From IMG/VR virus record IMGVR_UViG_3300025276_000022: a stretch of 64,000 bases of DNA. The stretch is one strand, 5' to 3'. Position 1 is the first letter of the stretch. Every line of letters starts with the position of its first letter. Below, one piece after another: positions 18,926 through 29,140 of the stretch. The notes under the pieces were generated by a model. It was not told where the DNA came from. It did not search any database and saw only the letters and a list, made by a program, of their open reading frames with translations. The translations under genes and the position numbers were made by a program. The DNA comes from a virus.

Positions 18926-21403
18926 ATGACAAAATTTTACTCTTCTGCTATCCGTATGGGTAAGCACATTCTATATCGCGGTTACGAGAACGGCCTACAG
19001 GTCAAGAAACGTATTCCATTCCAACCTAAACTATATGTCACCAGTCAGAACGAATCTGATTGGAAGACTCTGGACGGTCTCCCCGTTGCCGAGTGCGTCT
19101 TGGACTCTATGTCTGATGCGACTGACTTCCTCAAGAAGTATGCTGATGTGCATAACTTCAAGGTATATGGTAACAACAATTACGTTGCCCAGTATATCGG
19201 TGAACAATTTCCCAATAAGATAAACTTCGACCGCGATCTAATCCGGACTGCCAATATCGATATCGAGGTTTATAGTAAGGAAGGTTTCCCTGAGCCAGGC
19301 AAGGCTGCATATCCAGTGACCTCTATTACAATGCGCAAGAATGATGGCACCTACTGGGTGTGGGCATGTGGAGACTATGTCACTACTCGTGAAGAAGTCC
19401 TCTATATCAAATGCGACAACGAGATGGATCTTCTCCGCAAGTTTATTGAGCACTGGTCTCACTACGCTCCTGACATTCTGACAGGTTGGAACAGTCGGTT
19501 CTTCGATATCCCATACATCGTTAACCGTTGCGTTAACCTGTTCGGTGATGACACGTTATTGAAACGACTATCTCCTTGGGGTGCGGTACGTGAACGTAAT
19601 GTAACTATTCAAGGTCGCGCCAATCAGGAATACGTGATTGAAGGTGTCGAGCACCTAGATTACATTGAAATCTTTAAGAAGTTCACACTCAACACTCTGG
19701 GTCAACAAGAATCCTATCGTCTAGACCATATCGCCCACGTTGTCTTGGGTGAACGCAAGTTGTCCTATGAGGAGCACGGAAACCTCCACGCTCTTTATGA
19801 AAACGACTTCCAAAAGTTTATTGACTATAACATCAAAGACGTGGAGTTGGTTCACAAGATCGATGAGAAACTCGACTTGATTACTCTGGTACTCACCATG
19901 GCATATCGTGGTGGTGTTAACTATGGTGACACACTTGGTACTACTAACATCTGGGACAGCATCATCTACCGTATGCTGAACAAGATGAAGGTCGTAGTTC
20001 CTTCCAAATCTGAGAAGCCTAAGACTTCATATCCGGGCGGTTATGTTAAAGAACCTCAAGTTGGGTCACACGACTGGGTTACCTCTTTTGATTTGGCGTC
20101 TCTATATCCCAACATCATTGTTCAATATAACATGTCACCTGAGACTGTGATGGACGGTTTCCATAATGGTGTAAGCGTCGATAAGTTTCTTGATGGATCA
20201 TACAAGGTATCTGAGTCTAACGTCTCTATTGCGCCAACTGGAGTCGCTTTCTCACATGATAGAGAGGGGGTCATTCCTACGGTGATTAAACAATACTACA
20301 CGGAACGTAGTCTTATCAAGAAGGAGATGTTGAAACTCCAGCAGGAATACCAGAAGAATCCGACTAATGCTTTGGCCTATAGGATATCGTCACTGGACAA
20401 CCAACAGATGGCTATCAAGATTCTTATGAACTCCCTCTATGGTGCGCTCGGTAATCGATACTTCCGTTACTTTGATCAACGTGTTGCAGAGTCAATTACT
20501 CTTGCAGGGCAACTTGCAATCAAATGGGCAGAGAGAGCAGCCAATAATGAGATGCAGAAACTTCTTAAAACAGATGAAGATTATGTTGTAGCAATTGACA
20601 CGGATTCTCTATACATTCGTATGTCTGCCCTTGTGGATAAGTTTTCTCCTAAAGACCCTGTAAAGTTTCTTGACAAGATATGTTCCGAGCACTTCGAGAA
20701 AGTTCTGGAAAATTCTTATAATGAGATGGCAGAAGTTACTGGTGCGTACGAGAATCGTATGGTGATGGAACGTGAGGTAATCGCAGACCGTGGTATCTGG
20801 ATGGCGAAGAAACGATATATCCTTAATGTGCATAACTCTGAGGGTGTGCAGTACGCAGAACCTAAACTCAAGATGATGGGTATCGAGGCAATCAAGTCAT
20901 CGACTCCTTCGGTTGTCCGTGACAAGATGAAAGAAATCTTCCGCGTCATTGTAGAAGGTACCGAGGAAACCACCCAGAGATTTATCCGTGAGTTCAAGAC
21001 TCTGTTTAATACATTACCACCCGAAGATGTTTCGTGGCCCCGTGGTATCTCTAATCTCGATAAGTGGAAAGACCGAGAGACTATTTTCAAGAAGGGTACT
21101 CCCATACATGTTCGCGGTGCGTTATGTTATAACAATCTAATCAAGGAGAATAATCTTGGTAATAGATATGAACTGGTCAAGCCAGGCGAGAAGGTAAAGT
21201 TCGTCTATCTAAAAGTACCGAATCGTCTGGGTGAAAACGTTGTGGCATATCCTCAACATCTCCCCGAAGAACTGGGACTGGGTAAGTATATCGATTACGA
21301 CTTAATGTTCAGTAAGACTTTCATTGCCCCTCTCGAACCAATTCTTGATGCAGTCGGTTGGGCTTCTGAACCTCGTGCCACATTGGAGGACTTCTTCGGA
21401 TGA
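18926..21403 (+). CDS. gp43: Family B DNA polymerase
   Basis: DIEV exo [44 protein letters not shown]. Confidence 0.98.
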   Translation: MTKFYSSAIRMGKHILYRGYENGLQVKKRIPFQPKLYVTSQNESDWKTLDGLPVAECVLDSMSDATDFLKKYADVHNFKVYGNNNYVAQYIGEQFPNKINFDRDLIRTANIDIEVYSKEGFPEPGKAAYPVTSITMRKNDGTYWVWACGDYVTTREEVLYIKCDNEMDLLRKFIEHWSHYAPDILTGWNSRFFDIPYIVNRCVNLFGDDTLLKRLSPWGAVRERNVTIQGRANQEYVIEGVEHLDYIEIFKKFTLNTLGQQESYRLDHIAHVVLGERKLSYEEHGNLHALYENDFQKFIDYNIKDVELVHKIDEKLDLITLVLTMAYRGGVNYGDTLGTTNIWDSIIYRMLNKMKVVVPSKSEKPKTSYPGGYVKEPQVGSHDWVTSFDLASLYPNIIVQYNMSPETVMDGFHNGVSVDKFLDGSYKVSESNVSIAPTGVAFSHDREGVIPTVIKQYYTERSLIKKEMLKLQQEYQKNPTNALAYRISSLDNQQMAIKILMNSLYGALGNRYFRYFDQRVAESITLAGQLAIKWAERAANNEMQKLLKTDEDYVVAIDTDSLYIRMSALVDKFSPKDPVKFLDKICSEHFEKVLENSYNEMAEVTGAYENRMVMEREVIADRGIWMAKKRYILNVHNSEGVQYAEPKLKMMGIEAIKSSTPSVVRDKMKEIFRVIVEGTEETTQRFIREFKTLFNTLPPEDVSWPRGISNLDKWKDRETIFKKGTPIHVRGALCYNNLIKENNLGNRYELVKPGEKVKFVYLKVPNRLGENVVAYPQHLPEELGLGKYIDYDLMFSKTFIAPLEPILDAVGWASEPRATLEDFFG

Positions 21404-21816
21404 TCACAGACTTTTGCGTTATATGCGGAACGAAAGAAAATCTTCATAACCATCATATTGTTTGTAAGAAGAGTAAACTGAAACCAATATCTGGCGACAT
21501 TGATCATTATACAAACCTCATAACTCTCTGTGGAGAACATCATGGGTGGATTCATGGTATGAAACCTAATAGATTCAATGACAATAACCGTTTAAGAACG
21601 GCTGGAATAAAGAAAGCACAGAAAGAAGGAAAGTATCTTGGACGTGTTCCAACTGCGCAAAGAAAGTCTAAAGAGATTCAGAGATTGCATTCAGAAGGAA
21701 TGAAACCGGCATTAATTGCAAAGGAACTCAACATAGGAGTCGCGAGTGTCTACCGATATAGAGAAAAAGAAAAAAAACAAAAGCAAATGACAGATCAAGC
21801 GCAATTCTTCGGTTGA
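21400..21816 (+). mobile_element. Free-standing HNH endonuclease with resolvase-type HTH
   Basis: CVICG...HHI...NLITLCGEHHGWIH; AGIKKAQKEGKYLGR...IAKELNIGVASVYRY; flanked by TTCTTCGG(A/T)TGA repeats. Confidence 0.75.
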
Positions 21817-21841
21817 CAGACACCCAACGTTATGGTATAAT
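21813..21841 (+). promoter_or_regulatory. sigma70 promoter
   Basis: TTGACAGAC...N17-TATAAT. Confidence 0.85.
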
Positions 21842-21847
21842 GGCCAC

Positions 21848-22789
21848 ATGAATTACGAATTAACTATATTTAAAAATCAGTTCGATAACAAGACCCATCG
21901 TCATATGGTTCTTGACGATTGGTATAAGTTCGTAAATGTCCTGAAGAACATGTATAAAGAGAAAGGAGAGAAAGGTGGAAATAATTCTAGTCCTCTTGTT
22001 AGTCCTGCTGTTTTCGAAGTGGATACTACGCGTAGTAATAAATCTACTCGCTATTGGGGTGGGTGGTGTTGCGTTGATGTTGATGATCATAATTTCTCTA
22101 GCGATGTTCGAGTCCTTAACCAAGAGTTGCACGAACTCTTTGGCCAGTACGACTACGTTGTGTACAACACTGCATCAAGCAGAGACGACCATCTCAAGTT
22201 TAGAATCGTATTTCGACTAGATGAACATATCGATAATGCTCGGATCAAGGCATTCTGGTATGCACTGAATACTGAACTGGGTGAGATGGGAGATCCACAG
22301 ACCAAAGATCTTGCACGTATGTATTATGTTCCTGCACAGTACCCTAATGCGACTTCGTTCTTCATTACTAATCAAGGGTCTGCTCTAAACACATCTGAGT
22401 TGATCGCAAAACATCCTTACCATGAAAAGACTGGTAATTCTTTCTTAGACAGACTACCTGTAGAGATGCAACAGGCAGTTATACAACATCGTAAGGACAG
22501 TCTAAATAATACCGACTACAATTGGTCGACATACCGTGACTGTCCGTTCTGGCCCAAACGATTGGGTGTAGAGTACCAAACTATCAATGATGGTGGTTGG
22601 TACGCTAAGATGTATAAGATTATGCTTGCAGTTGCTGGGAATGCATATGCGAAAGGTTACCCTATCACCGCAAGTCAGATCTCAGATATGTGTCGTGATT
22701 TTGATCGTGAGACAGGTAACTGGTATGAAAACCGCCCATTGACCGTAGAGGCTGATAGGGCATTAGAATATATTTACAGGAATAGTTAA
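21848..22789 (+). CDS. AEP/PrimPol-like primase
   Basis: CCVDVDD, YNTASS...KFRIVF, DPQTKDLARMYYVP, helical C-terminal domain. Confidence 0.65.
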   Translation: MNYELTIFKNQFDNKTHRHMVLDDWYKFVNVLKNMYKEKGEKGGNNSSPLVSPAVFEVDTTRSNKSTRYWGGWCCVDVDDHNFSSDVRVLNQELHELFGQYDYVVYNTASSRDDHLKFRIVFRLDEHIDNARIKAFWYALNTELGEMGDPQTKDLARMYYVPAQYPNATSFFITNQGSALNTSELIAKHPYHEKTGNSFLDRLPVEMQQAVIQHRKDSLNNTDYNWSTYRDCPFWPKRLGVEYQTINDGGWYAKMYKIMLAVAGNAYAKGYPITASQISDMCRDFDRETGNWYENRPLTVEADRALEYIYRNS

Positions 22790-22790
22790 T

Positions 22791-23729
22791 ATGAATAGAG
22801 TATTAGTAACAGGTGCAGCAGGATTTATCGGTTCACAATTATCGGATCGATTACAGAAACGTGGATTGACAGTGAAAGGTATTGATAATTTCAATAACCA
22901 TCTATACACTCCTGAATTAAAAGTAGATCGTATGAAACACTTCGATCTAGATATCTGGGGATGTGATCTAAAGGATGAGATAAAGCTCGAAGCGTTATTG
23001 AGAGACTTCCGTCCAGACACTATTATTCATCTTGCCGCAATGGCAGGCGTTCGTGATTCTATGGGAAAAGAGAAGTCGTACCACGCAAATAACATAGATG
23101 CTACACAGAACCTTATTGATATCTGTAAACAACATCTACCAGAGACTCGCATTGTATATGCGTCAACGTCTTGTGTATATGCTGGATCCCCGACTCCGTG
23201 GACAGAAGGTGAAGAGACTGGTAAACAATTAAACGCATATGGTTATACCAAGTGGGCGAATGAATGTCAGATGCAATCGTCTGGTCTAAACACAACTGGT
23301 CTACGTTTCTTCACAGTATATGGCCCTTGGGGTCGTCCTGATATGGCTTTGTTTGACTTTACTAAAAATATACTTGACGGAAAGGAAATAACCGTGTATA
23401 ATTACGGTAAGATGAAGAGAGACTTCACTTTCGTAGAAGATATCCTAGACGGTATTGAAGTTGTCTTAGACAATGACGATCTATCGGGAGAGATATTTAA
23501 TATCGGACGTGGTGAACAAGTCGAGTTGCTAGACTTCATTGGTGAGATCGAGAAACAAACTGGGAAGAAAGCAATTAAGAATCTTGCTCCCCAACATCCT
23601 GCGGATACTTTAGAGACTTGGTCTAATACTGCTAAGTTACAAGCACTTGGTTATGACCCGAAGGTAAGTATCGCAGAGGGTGTTGAAAGATTTTACGAAT
23701 GGTTTAAAACTTATAATGGAATCGAATAA
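22791..23729 (+). CDS. NAD-dependent epimerase (UDP-glucuronate 4-epimerase-like)
   Basis: TGAAGFIG, HLAAMAGVR, YGYTK, LRFFTVYGPWGRPDMA. Confidence 0.93.
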   Translation: MNRVLVTGAAGFIGSQLSDRLQKRGLTVKGIDNFNNHLYTPELKVDRMKHFDLDIWGCDLKDEIKLEALLRDFRPDTIIHLAAMAGVRDSMGKEKSYHANNIDATQNLIDICKQHLPETRIVYASTSCVYAGSPTPWTEGEETGKQLNAYGYTKWANECQMQSSGLNTTGLRFFTVYGPWGRPDMALFDFTKNILDGKEITVYNYGKMKRDFTFVEDILDGIEVVLDNDDLSGEIFNIGRGEQVELLDFIGEIEKQTGKKAIKNLAPQHPADTLETWSNTAKLQALGYDPKVSIAEGVERFYEWFKTYNGIE

Positions 23730-24064
23730 TGAGCAAGAGTAAATTAAGAAAAGCATATGAAGCACGGCTCGGTGATGCAGATGGCGAGTTGAGACTATAT
23801 GACGCTAAAGGTAATGAGATTTATACCGAAACCTCTGACAGTTATTGGGTGAAACGAGAATACGACGCTAAAGGTAATGAGATTTATTGGGAAACCTCTG
23901 ACGGTTATTGGTGTAAACAAGAATACGACGCTAAAGGTAATCAGATTTATTTTGAAACCTCTATGGATGGTGTGGCTTTAGACAAACTAGCTTGTAGCGA
24001 TAAAGTATTTATCGACGAGCAAACTGGTAAGAAGTTTAAAATGGTGGAGGTGAGTGGTGACTAG
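23729..24064 (+). CDS. Hypothetical protein with 21-aa YD-type repeats
   Basis: YDAKGNEIYxETSDxYW repeated. Confidence 0.75.
   Translation: MSKSKLRKAYEARLGDADGELRLYDAKGNEIYTETSDSYWVKREYDAKGNEIYWETSDGYWCKQEYDAKGNQIYFETSMDGVALDKLACSDKVFIDEQTGKKFKMVEVSGD
23798..23962 (+). repeat. 63-bp tandem repeat, ~2.6 copies
   Basis: Units start at 23798, 23861, 23924. Confidence 0.92.
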
Positions 24065-25043
24065 AGCAACAGCAGACGATGTTAACACACGATTTCGAAT
24101 AGGAATCGTTGGACATGGATTTGTTGGCCAGGCAGTCGAGTATGCGTTTATGCATCCGCTTGTCGACTTCAACTACTATGACCCCAAATATGAAACCACC
24201 CTTGATACTCTGACAGACGCACCAGCAGATATTCATCCTAAGTGTTTCTTTATATGTGCGCCCACACCATCCGCAGATGACGGTTCGGTAGATTCTTCTA
24301 TCGTGGAAGCTTCGGTGCTTAAATGTCTTAACTATACTGATGCTCTTGTCGTAGTTAAATCTACAATCACCCCCGAATCTATTGACCGTCTTTACTCTGG
24401 TATGAGTAGAGAACAGATCGATCGTTTCGTTTATAACCCTGAGTTCTTGACAGAGAAGAATGCTAAGGCAGACTTCGTCGGTGCTAAGTTCCACGTCATT
24501 GGTGGTATGCCAGTAGCCGCACGAGAACTCATTGACGTGTATGAGATCTTTGGTGCATGTGAGTCTAACGACTATCACCGTATGACCGCATACGAAGCAT
24601 CCTTTGTTAAATATACCATTAACTCATACCTGTCTACTAAGATCACATTCTTCAATCAGTTATATGATCTGGTCAACCTGTATGGTTGTAACTACAATAC
24701 TATTGTTCGTGCAGTAGGTAAAGACGATAGAGTTGGTGTAGGTCACACCCGTGTGCCTGGCTTTGATGGTAAACGAGGATTCGGTGGTGCATGTCTACCC
24801 AAAGATACAAGAGCATTCTTAGACTTTTCGACACATGAGTTTGCTGATGGAACTACAACTAGTTTCGATTTGTTAGAGAAAGTACTTGACATCAATAGTA
24901 CTTATCGTGTACAATACACCCTTGATGAAAGAGAAAAAGTTAATAACATTACATTCGTAAATTTTGGAGGCAAAAATGTCAATAATGGACAAACTAAAGA
25001 AGAACTCGAAGATCAAAGAGACAGCGATCCTATCGACGAGTAA
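24054..25043 (+). CDS. UDP-glucose/GDP-mannose dehydrogenase family (short form)
   Basis: GIVGHGFVG, KSTI, NPEFL, KY..N, GFGGACLPKD. Confidence 0.9.
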   Translation: MVTRATADDVNTRFRIGIVGHGFVGQAVEYAFMHPLVDFNYYDPKYETTLDTLTDAPADIHPKCFFICAPTPSADDGSVDSSIVEASVLKCLNYTDALVVVKSTITPESIDRLYSGMSREQIDRFVYNPEFLTEKNAKADFVGAKFHVIGGMPVAARELIDVYEIFGACESNDYHRMTAYEASFVKYTINSYLSTKITFFNQLYDLVNLYGCNYNTIVRAVGKDDRVGVGHTRVPGFDGKRGFGGACLPKDTRAFLDFSTHEFADGTTTSFDLLEKVLDINSTYRVQYTLDEREKVNNITFVNFGGKNVNNGQTKEELEDQRDSDPIDE

Positions 25044-26022
25044 ATTCTTCACTGAAAAAGAGATGGTACCGACTGATGTTCCGATGGTGAACGTCGCGTT
25101 ATCTGGTTCTGTAGATGGTGGTATCTCGCCAGGCCTTACAGTTCTTGCAGGGCCATCTAAACACTTTAAGACATCGTTCGCTTTATTGATGGCAGGCGCA
25201 TACCTTGAAGCCAAACCCGATGCAGTGATGTTATTTTATGATTCCGAGTTTGGATCACCTCAGTCATACTTCGCACAGTTTGGTATCGATACTAGTAGAG
25301 TGTTGCATACACCTATAGCAAACGTCGAAGAGTTGAAGTTTGACTTGATCGGTCAACTAGAGAACCTAGACCGCAAAGACGATGTCATTATCGTTATTGA
25401 TTCTATTGGTAACCTTGCGTCTAAGAAAGAACTTGACGATGCACTGAACGAGAAAGGTGTTGCCGACATGTCACGTGCGAAGGCACTGAAAGGTCTGTTC
25501 CGTATGTCAACTCCGTATCTGGCGATGAAGAATATTCCGATGCTTGCAATCAATCACACTTATAAAGAGATTGGCTTGTTTCCGAAAGATGTAGTTAGTG
25601 GTGGTACTGGTATCTATTACTCTGCCGACAATATCTGGATTATCGGTCGTCGACAGAATAAGACGGGTACCGAAGTGACTGGTTATGATTTTGTTATCAA
25701 GGTCGAGAAGTCTCGGTTTGTGAAAGAGCAGTCCAAGATTCCAATCTCTGTATCTTGGGATGGTGGTGTTGAGAAGAACTCTGGTCTCCTCGAAGTTGCA
25801 TTGGCTGGTGGGTATGTTATCAAACCAAGTAATGGTTGGTACTCTCGTTGTCACGGTACTGAAGCAGAAGATAAGAAGTTCCGCACCAAAGATACTTTGA
25901 CCAATGAGTTCTGGGCACCTATTTTCGAAACGAGTGACTTTGCTACATTCCTACAGAAGACTTATCAGATAGGATATAAAAGCGAGATCAACCCTGAATT
26001 GATTCTAGAGGAAATAGTATAA
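24976..26022 (+). CDS. uvsX: RecA-like recombinase UvsX
   Basis: AGPSKHFKT, FYDSEFG, IDSIGNLASKKE, GGTGIYYSAD. Confidence 0.97.
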   Translation: MSIMDKLKKNSKIKETAILSTSKFFTEKEMVPTDVPMVNVALSGSVDGGISPGLTVLAGPSKHFKTSFALLMAGAYLEAKPDAVMLFYDSEFGSPQSYFAQFGIDTSRVLHTPIANVEELKFDLIGQLENLDRKDDVIIVIDSIGNLASKKELDDALNEKGVADMSRAKALKGLFRMSTPYLAMKNIPMLAINHTYKEIGLFPKDVVSGGTGIYYSADNIWIIGRRQNKTGTEVTGYDFVIKVEKSRFVKEQSKIPISVSWDGGVEKNSGLLEVALAGGYVIKPSNGWYSRCHGTEAEDKKFRTKDTLTNEFWAPIFETSDFATFLQKTYQIGYKSEINPELILEEIV

Positions 26023-26384
26023 TGAAACCCTTAGATCTAGATAAACCTTCGGAGAACATCGACTACAAATTAGTACCTACTGTAGTCGATGGTAAGGACG
26101 CATGGAATGTTGATCTTCTTCGCTCTCCTTTTGGTGATGTAACGATTCGTTTTGAAAATGTACGAATTAATGGTGAAGAGCAAAATATAAGTTTTAGCTT
26201 CGAAGTGGTTGACACAGACGACACAAGTGTGTATAATAGTGATCATGTTGCATTGCAAGAGTTCGCCAGTGAAGTGTTAGGGGACATCCTAGACGCAGCG
26301 ATAGACACTGGCTCATTATATAAAAAGGATACACATGACGGACATCAACCTACAGCAGACGATTCTACGGAATCTACTGACTAA
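26022..26384 (+). CDS. Hypothetical acidic protein between uvsX and gp41
   Basis: Coupled ORF in conserved position. Confidence 0.7.
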   Translation: MKPLDLDKPSENIDYKLVPTVVDGKDAWNVDLLRSPFGDVTIRFENVRINGEEQNISFSFEVVDTDDTSVYNSDHVALQEFASEVLGDILDAAIDTGSLYKKDTHDGHQPTADDSTESTD

Positions 26385-27735
26385 CGATTCGTATATGAGG
26401 AAGGTCGCCCCCTTCCTCTCCCCCGAATACTTTGAGGGTACTTACAAAAGTATCTTCAAAGAGTTCACTACCTATATTGCCAAGTACAATAACCTCCCCT
26501 CTAAAGAAGCTCTCAAGATTGAGATTGATTCGGAAGGTAGAATGTCCGATGAACACTATCGTCACACTATGGACATTCTACCGGACATCTTTAATTTCGT
26601 TGAGGAAGACTTGACGTGGTTGGTAGAGCGTACTGAGAAGTGGTGTCAGGATCGCGCAGTATTCAATGCAGTGATGGAGTCTATCTCTATCATCGATGGT
26701 AAACACCAAGAACTTTCCAAGAATGCTATTCCCGAAGTACTGTCCAAAGCACTGTCAGTGTCCTTTGATACTAACATTGGTCATGACTATCTCGAAAGTG
26801 TAGATTCTCGTTGGGACTATTACCATACTGATGAAGAGAGAATGCCTTGGGATTTGGATTACTTCAATCGTATTACGAAAGGTGGATTGCCTAAGAAGAC
26901 TCTTAACATCGCACTCGCTGGTACTGGTGTTGGTAAATCGTTGTTTATGTGTCATGCCGCAGCTGCAGCATTAAGTCAAAATAAGAACGTTCTCTATATT
27001 ACTATGGAGATGTCCGAAGAACGTATCGCAGAAAGAATCGATGCTAACTTACTGAACGTCCCTATGGATCAACTTGAACATCTTAGTAAGGATATGTTTT
27101 CAAGTCGTGTTAAGAGTATCGCAGATAAAACCACGGGCAAACTTATTATTAAAGAATACCCGACTGGTAGTGCACACTCAAACCACTTCCGTGCACTTCT
27201 AAACGAGTTAAAGTTGAAGAAGAAGTTCTTACCCGATATCATCTTTATTGATTACCTGAACATATGCTCGTCGTCTAGGATGAAGGCTATGGGTGGTTCT
27301 ATCAATTCATATACATATATAAAGTCTATTGCAGAAGAGCTGCGAGGTCTTGCTGTCGAGTTTGATGTTCCGGTAGTGTCTGCAACTCAGACTACACGGT
27401 CTGGTTATAGTAATGACGACGTAGGACTAGAGGATACTTCTGAGTCGTTTGGATTGCCTGCTACTGCGGATCTGATGTTTGCCTTGATTAGTAATGATGA
27501 ACTGAATGCGCAGGGTCAGATAATGGTCAAGCAGTTAAAGAATAGATATAATGATATTGGTCAGAATCAAAGATTTGTATTAGGTATTGACCGTAGTAAG
27601 ATGAGGTTGTTTGATGTGGATCAAAACGATTCACCACTAAATAAAGAAGTAGATCATGGCCCAGTTTTTGATAACTCTAACTCAGGCCAACGAATTTCTT
27701 CTGAGAGGATGAACTTTGACGGTTTCAAACTATAA
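26335..27735 (+). CDS. gp41: Replicative DNA helicase
   Basis: AGTGVGKSL, YITMEM, IDYLNI, SATQTTR, SESFGLPATAD, KQLKNRY. Confidence 0.97.
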   Translation: MTDINLQQTILRNLLTNDSYMRKVAPFLSPEYFEGTYKSIFKEFTTYIAKYNNLPSKEALKIEIDSEGRMSDEHYRHTMDILPDIFNFVEEDLTWLVERTEKWCQDRAVFNAVMESISIIDGKHQELSKNAIPEVLSKALSVSFDTNIGHDYLESVDSRWDYYHTDEERMPWDLDYFNRITKGGLPKKTLNIALAGTGVGKSLFMCHAAAAALSQNKNVLYITMEMSEERIAERIDANLLNVPMDQLEHLSKDMFSSRVKSIADKTTGKLIIKEYPTGSAHSNHFRALLNELKLKKKFLPDIIFIDYLNICSSSRMKAMGGSINSYTYIKSIAEELRGLAVEFDVPVVSATQTTRSGYSNDDVGLEDTSESFGLPATADLMFALISNDELNAQGQIMVKQLKNRYNDIGQNQRFVLGIDRSKMRLFDVDQNDSPLNKEVDHGPVFDNSNSGQRISSERMNFDGFKL

Positions 27736-27745
27736 GGAGTCCAAC

Positions 27746-27943
27746 ATGGATCCAGTTACGCAAACTATTCTTACACTAGTGCTAATGTTTATTGCCAATA
27801 TGGTAGGTAAACGAATTGGTAGAAATGAAGGTATATCCGCAGCTGTTACGTATATGATAGATATGGGTGCCTGCACAGAAAAAGACTTAACTAAAGCAAA
27901 CGAAAAGTTTATGGATGATATGTCAGAAGAGGATGATTATTAA
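27746..27943 (+). CDS. Small membrane-anchored hypothetical protein
   Basis: AAGGAG RBS, N-terminal hydrophobic stretch. Confidence 0.7.
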   Translation: MDPVTQTILTLVLMFIANMVGKRIGRNEGISAAVTYMIDMGACTEKDLTKANEKFMDDMSEEDDY

Positions 27944-27945
27944 AT

Positions 27946-28623
27946 ATGAGTGAAGTTGTAATTCGTAATAAAGAAATGTTGGATGTCCTGAATGGATTCT
28001 CTGATGAGTTGTTGTCTAAACCATCTTATAACGATGAGAAATACTGGACGTATCATGAGCGCAGTGATATCACTAAAGGCGACTACTACACTTCTCGTTT
28101 ATACTTAGACGATTGTCTCTCTAGATATCCTGAACTAGTAGGGCCGCCTGACAGATACTTTGCACAACCTATATCTAAAATGGTTCGTGCGGATAAGGAA
28201 ATGTGGGGTGCGTTTATGCAGAAGGTCAAATACGACTTCGCTGCAGAAATTGGTGCACATACATCCGCATTACTTTCATACTATCCGCCAGGCGGTTTTG
28301 TTGGTTGGCATAACAATTATGATGCGAGTGCGTATCAAGTATTGTTTACGTGGTCAGAAACCGGAGAAGGGTATTTCGAATACTATGATAAGAAGACTGA
28401 TCAAATTACTCGTATCCACGATGTGCCTGGCTGGCAATGCAGACACTATTACTTTGGTTCGAGAGAAGAAGAAGATTTACATTTTTGGCATGCTGCTTAT
28501 GCAGGGTGTCAGAGAATCACACTAGCCTACAAGTTTGTTAATGGTGGCAATGTGAACAACCCCGAAGATGCGCAAGCGAGAGCAATGCGTGATATGTTAA
28601 TTGATGATATAGAGAGTGAATAA
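27946..28623 (+). CDS. 2OG-Fe(II) oxygenase-like protein, paralog of 1013-1657
   Basis: YYPPGGFVGWHNN...FWHAAYAGCQRITL. Confidence 0.6.
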   Translation: MSEVVIRNKEMLDVLNGFSDELLSKPSYNDEKYWTYHERSDITKGDYYTSRLYLDDCLSRYPELVGPPDRYFAQPISKMVRADKEMWGAFMQKVKYDFAAEIGAHTSALLSYYPPGGFVGWHNNYDASAYQVLFTWSETGEGYFEYYDKKTDQITRIHDVPGWQCRHYYFGSREEEDLHFWHAAYAGCQRITLAYKFVNGGNVNNPEDAQARAMRDMLIDDIESE

Positions 28624-28904
28624 TGAAGACTAATGATGTAGTAACAGTAGTGACAGTGAGCGGTGAGTATGTTGGGAGGTTAGATAACTTTAGTGCCGAT
28701 GGTACTGTAACTCTAAAAGACCCACGTATGTTGATTACTGGTGAACAGGGTATTGGTTTTGCTCGTGGTGTATGTATGACCAGTGAAGAAAATCCCGATA
28801 CGGTTTTGTTTCAGCAGTATGTATTATGTACGGCAACAAACAAAGACTTCGCTGCCGCATGGACTAAAGCAACCAGTGGAATAGACTTGGTCGTGCCGAC
28901 ATGA
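28623..28904 (+). CDS. Hypothetical protein, Sm-like fold suspected
   Basis: DVVTVVTVSGEYVGRL...TLKDPR. Confidence 0.6.
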   Translation: MKTNDVVTVVTVSGEYVGRLDNFSADGTVTLKDPRMLITGEQGIGFARGVCMTSEENPDTVLFQQYVLCTATNKDFAAAWTKATSGIDLVVPT

Positions 28905-29140
28905 TCGGCCCTGATAAAGAAAAAGTCGCAGCTGCGGTACGAGAGATGTCAGATAGCATGTTACGTATCGACGCAGAGAAAGAACTGATGAAAGACATCG
29001 TCGATGTCACTGCCGAGAAGTACGAGATTGATAAAAAACAATTCCGTAAGATCGCTAACATATTTCATAAACGAAACCTAGAAGAGGCTCGCACTGAGAC
29101 GAACGAGGTTTTTGAACTTTACGAGGAGTTGTTTAAATAA
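28901..29140 (+). CDS. dsbA: T4 DsbA-like dsDNA-binding protein
   Basis: EMSDSMLRIDAEKELMKDI...IDKKQFRKIA..FHK...ELYEELF. Confidence 0.75.
   Translation: MIGPDKEKVAAAVREMSDSMLRIDAEKELMKDIVDVTAEKYEIDKKQFRKIANIFHKRNLEEARTETNEVFELYEELFK

Noticed and set aside
23798-23962. Tandem repeats as a CRISPR array or DGR
   Set aside because: Units are contiguous, in-frame and coding with no spacers; there is no reverse transcriptase and changes are not adenine-specific.
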